Below, piece by piece: positions 59,626 to 64,000 of a DNA stretch of 64,000 nt. The translations under genes and the position numbers were made by a program. Position 1 is the stretch's first letter; each line of letters opens with the position of its first letter. This DNA comes from the human T2T-CHM13v2.0 reference genome, Homo sapiens. Under the pieces are notes generated by a model. That model was not told the DNA's origin and did not search any database. It was given only the letters and a program-made list of their open reading frames with translations. Location: assembly GCF_009914755.1 (NCBI RefSeq), contig NC_060942.1; one strand, 5' to 3'.

Positions 59626-60839
59626 TCAATAAAAATATATAGTATTAAATTTTTATTCCATGCAATCCTACATGGCCTTTAGCAATATTTACTTAAGAGG
59701 AGCACATTAAAGGGTCAAGACTTTACTGGGCTGTTTTACCCTAAAAATACATGCAAGGGAGCCCTATTTTGAGAAGGAAATATCTACAATAAGTTTTTAA
59801 AAAGAAAAACATGGATGATTACTTTCATAGTCTGATACCTGGAAAGAGAGTTAGAATGTGGATAGATTTCTTACATGTTAGCAATAAATATATTTTAAAA
59901 GCTGAGGGCTGCTTATTTCAGATAAGGGAAAAGTTAGTACCAAAGGGAAGAATTACCTCCCAAAATATCAGTACCTTTTAAAAGAGCAAGATTACCAGGA
60001 CCAAAGACGTCAAGTAATGGCCCCAGATGATAGTCTGCAAAACCACTGGCACAACCTCTGTGTTATGTGTTTTTGTATTTAACATCAGTAATTTAGTCAG
60101 AAGATTTTAATTACATAAATTTTTAAATGTTCCTAGTTTTTACATTAACGTGTAAGAGAATGGGTTGGTCTCCTTGCCGCTTGAGATAAAGTTCCCCAGA
60201 GTAAAATAAGAGGAACTCATAATAAAATATGAGTAATATGACCACATTACCAATTGTTGGTTTTTTTCCAATTTCAATAAAATTTCAAAGCAAAGTGCTT
60301 TGTTTTCCAATCCAAACATTTTATTAACATGTATTTGCATTTAATTATTGAGTTAGAAAACTCCTTGGTAAAAAACAAAGTTCAAAGTTAATGCAAATGA
60401 TGCTTTATTTCAATCTTACCTGAGTAGCTCTAAAAACCATGTGAATCTTCTGAATATCTGGACACAGGCTTCAATTTTTAATATTCCTATCTAAAAAATA
60501 TGAAGCCATTTTTCTCCTAATTTGACTTCATTGTCCTTTCTCAATAAGAACTCTATTCCCATTCAGTTTGAAGTTTATGGCTTCTGTTCTTTAAGTTATA
60601 TAAGCCCAAAAAGGTCAGCACATTTTTTAGAGAAGAGAGTGTGTTTTTTCACCTTCACATGATTCAAATACATCAAAAGTGTAGCCCAGCTGATGCTTTA
60701 AAAACACTCACCTACTAGTTGGTTTGGGAAGTTTTAACCTAAGAAAATATAGTCAATAACATAAGATGAGACTTTTCAGTAGCAAGTTCTCAAATTACCT
60801 CTGTTGCATATTCTGTAGTAACATACATGACCTTTCTAA

Positions 60840-61142
60840 TTTTTTTTTTCTAAGGCAGGGTCTTGCTCTTTTGCCCAGGCTAGACTGCAGGAGTACGATC
60901 ATGACTCACTGCAGCCTTGACCTCTTGGGCTCAAGAGATTCTCCTACTTCAGCCTCCTGAGTAGCTGGGACCACAGGTGCGCACCACCACAGCCAGCTAA
61001 TTTTTAATTTTTTAAAATTTTTTGTAGAGAAGGGACCTCAGAATATTGCCCAGGCTGGTCTCAAACTTCTGGGCTTAAGCGATCCATGTACCTTGGCCTG
61101 CCAAAATGCTGGGATTACAGATGTGTGCCACTGCACTCAGCC
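60840..61142 (-). mobile_element. AluJ-like
   Basis: Diverged dimeric Alu in reverse orientation. Confidence 0.92.
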
Positions 61143-62123
61143 ACATGATGACACAATTGTTTATTTGATTTTGCAATATCGTTTCTAGACTTAAAAACGG
61201 AATCTATTAATGGGGTAATAAATTTTTTTTTATTAAAACTGTTAGTTTGAAAAAACAGGTCTGGTAGTTATAAAGCAACTATATTGGTCTCCCACTGTCC
61301 TTTTACTCAGCTTCCCTACCTCCTTGAATGAAATTGGACATGTTCCATAGCTTTTCTGGATACCCTTCAGCCACAAAAGTTTCTCTGGTGACTCTAGTCC
61401 CCCAAACAGTCTTAGTTCATTAATAAAATGGCCAGTCCCTTATACTTGTCAAATTCTCCAACTATGTTCAAAGTTAAGTTTTCTTCTATTCTGCAGCTAG
61501 GCCTGATTCGGGCTGAATACCTACAGTGGCAAAGATGCACACAGTTGGCTTCCCGACTCACTCTGCCAGCATTATCCTGCCCCTCCTCATCAGCCCCAAC
61601 GCAACTCCAGCTGAGGCTTCAGACCTCAGGGTTGAAGAGGAATAGGGAAGGAGAAGGGGTAAGAGCAGCGATATGGTGTGAAACTGTCTTCTTAAAAACA
61701 TTTACAGCTGATTCATTTTCCCATGGGCTCGTCAGTGGATTCTTGGGCAATAGGGGATCTTTTACCTATTAATACAATTTACCTGTCCTGGAAAAAATTA
61801 TCATCTTACACTGGGAGCTTACAACTATCTCTCTCAGTCTCTGCAGTCTGGCTGTACTCCTTCAACATCTTCCTGCCAAGAGCTCCTCACCCCTACAGGT
61901 AGAATTTTATGGCAAGGTCGTGGACAAACTGTCACCACCTCTTTCTCTTTTGTGGCCCACACTGGTTACAGAGAAGCTCTCGGGCATTGTTGCAGTACAA
62001 ATGCTGACTGTACAGCCTGTCCCCTACCCAGTAATCAATATCCCCCCTTCTGTCAAAGCAAGCAACCAGTCCTAGGCTACTGAGGTATCTTTTCCTATGC
62101 ATAAAGTGAAAGCAAATACTCCT

Positions 62124-62853
<730 letters not shown>

Positions 62854-63926
62854 CCAAGTTGGCTCCAAAATTATTTTTCTTATTTTCAACTCTCCTTTTA
62901 GGTCTCCCCCTCAGGTCTGATAGGCAGCTAAGGGTTACAAACCTAGTTCTCAGACAACCCTTTTACAATCCCCACCTTGGTGGTCCAGAACTTGGGAGTA
63001 GGTGGCACCTATTGTTTTGTAATCAGTGCCAGAACTGATCACATTTTTTAACATCCTGTTCTTAATACTCTTGCAATACCTGTTGAGATAATTAAAAGCA
63101 CATTGGAATGTAACAAAGTCTGTGTCAGAAAATGTGGTAAAACTCTCTTTATACTGGTTCTAATACAATATTTTTATATGTGATATTACATGTACAAGCA
63201 AATCTTAAAAAAGGGAAAAGGTATATTACATTTGCATGCCAATATTAATGCACCTGAGTGTTTCCATCACAACACAAAATTTTAGTTGTACTATTAAAAG
63301 TGCATATCCAGGTGTATGACTTCCCTCTTCAATTACCTCAGTGACCACATGCATTCACATCCCTCCACAGAGCTCCATGGGACCATTTCAGAAGAATTCA
63401 TAGGCCCCCAAATAGTACTAAAATGGAGAATTTCCTTGTCACCAGAGACTTGGGGAATGAGCATAGACCTCTGGAAACTACTCTACTGTGTTTTTTCTCA
63501 TCTGTCTCCAATTTGTCTACAAGTGGCTAAATGTGATATAAAAGTAATTGCAAATAAAGTTGGCCTTAAGATTAATTATAATAACACAGCACAGTTTGGT
63601 TCTCTATAAAATATGTTAATATAAAGCCATTTGCTCTCTTCCATAGACATCTTTGTGTTTGTAATGCTTAATTTCCTTTACTTCTATTTAAAAAGAAAGA
63701 AAAAACATATGATGGGTGTAGAAACTATTCTACCCAAACTACTAATATATCATGAAAATATTTATTTCTTAATTTATCTTTACCTGGCAAAGCAAATTAT
63801 ATCATTCTAACACTTTTAGAACAAAACGGACCTTAGGAATAATTCGTTCCAAACTGCCTATGTAAGTTTTCTATGGCAGCTATAACAAATTACCACAAAC
63901 TTGATGGCTTAAAACATAAATTTATG

Positions 63927-64000
63927 GCCAGGCGCGATGGCTCATGTCTGTAATCCCAACATTTTGGGAGGCTGAGGTGGGTAGATCACCTAAAGTCAGG
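63927..64000 (+). mobile_element. Alu 5' end running off the window, inserted in an MLT1 fragment (~63860-63926)
   Basis: GGCCAGGCGCGATGGCTCATGTCTGTAATCCCA. Confidence 0.92.

Overview
Primate (probably human) non-coding genomic DNA, roughly half transposon-derived: about 25 Alu copies or fragments, several L1 and L2 fragments, MaLR/ERVL/ERV1 solo LTRs, one degenerate two-LTR MER34-like provirus (~30.97-36.79 kb) and DNA transposons (MADE1, MER5, MER44, Tigger4, MER47). I found no intact protein-coding gene; most recognisable ORFs in the track come from Alu, L1 or simple repeats. The one cellular coding remnant is a minus-strand copy of the VPS53 C-terminus (~45.8-46.1 kb) inside an MLT2 LTR. 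It keeps an apparent intronic splice acceptor, an open frame running into an Alu, and a poly(A) signal with an A-tail. Other signals: a tailless 5'-half tRNA-Ile retrocopy, three long near-perfect inverted repeats (9.75, 40.3 and 57.2 kb; the 40.3 kb one looks template-switch-born), a micro-inversion plus duplication in an L1, and CTCF-like sites. Repeat family names come from remembered consensus sequences, not a database search, and boundaries are approximate. The sequence alone does not establish a new biological system; the best leads are the hairpins and the VPS53 copy.
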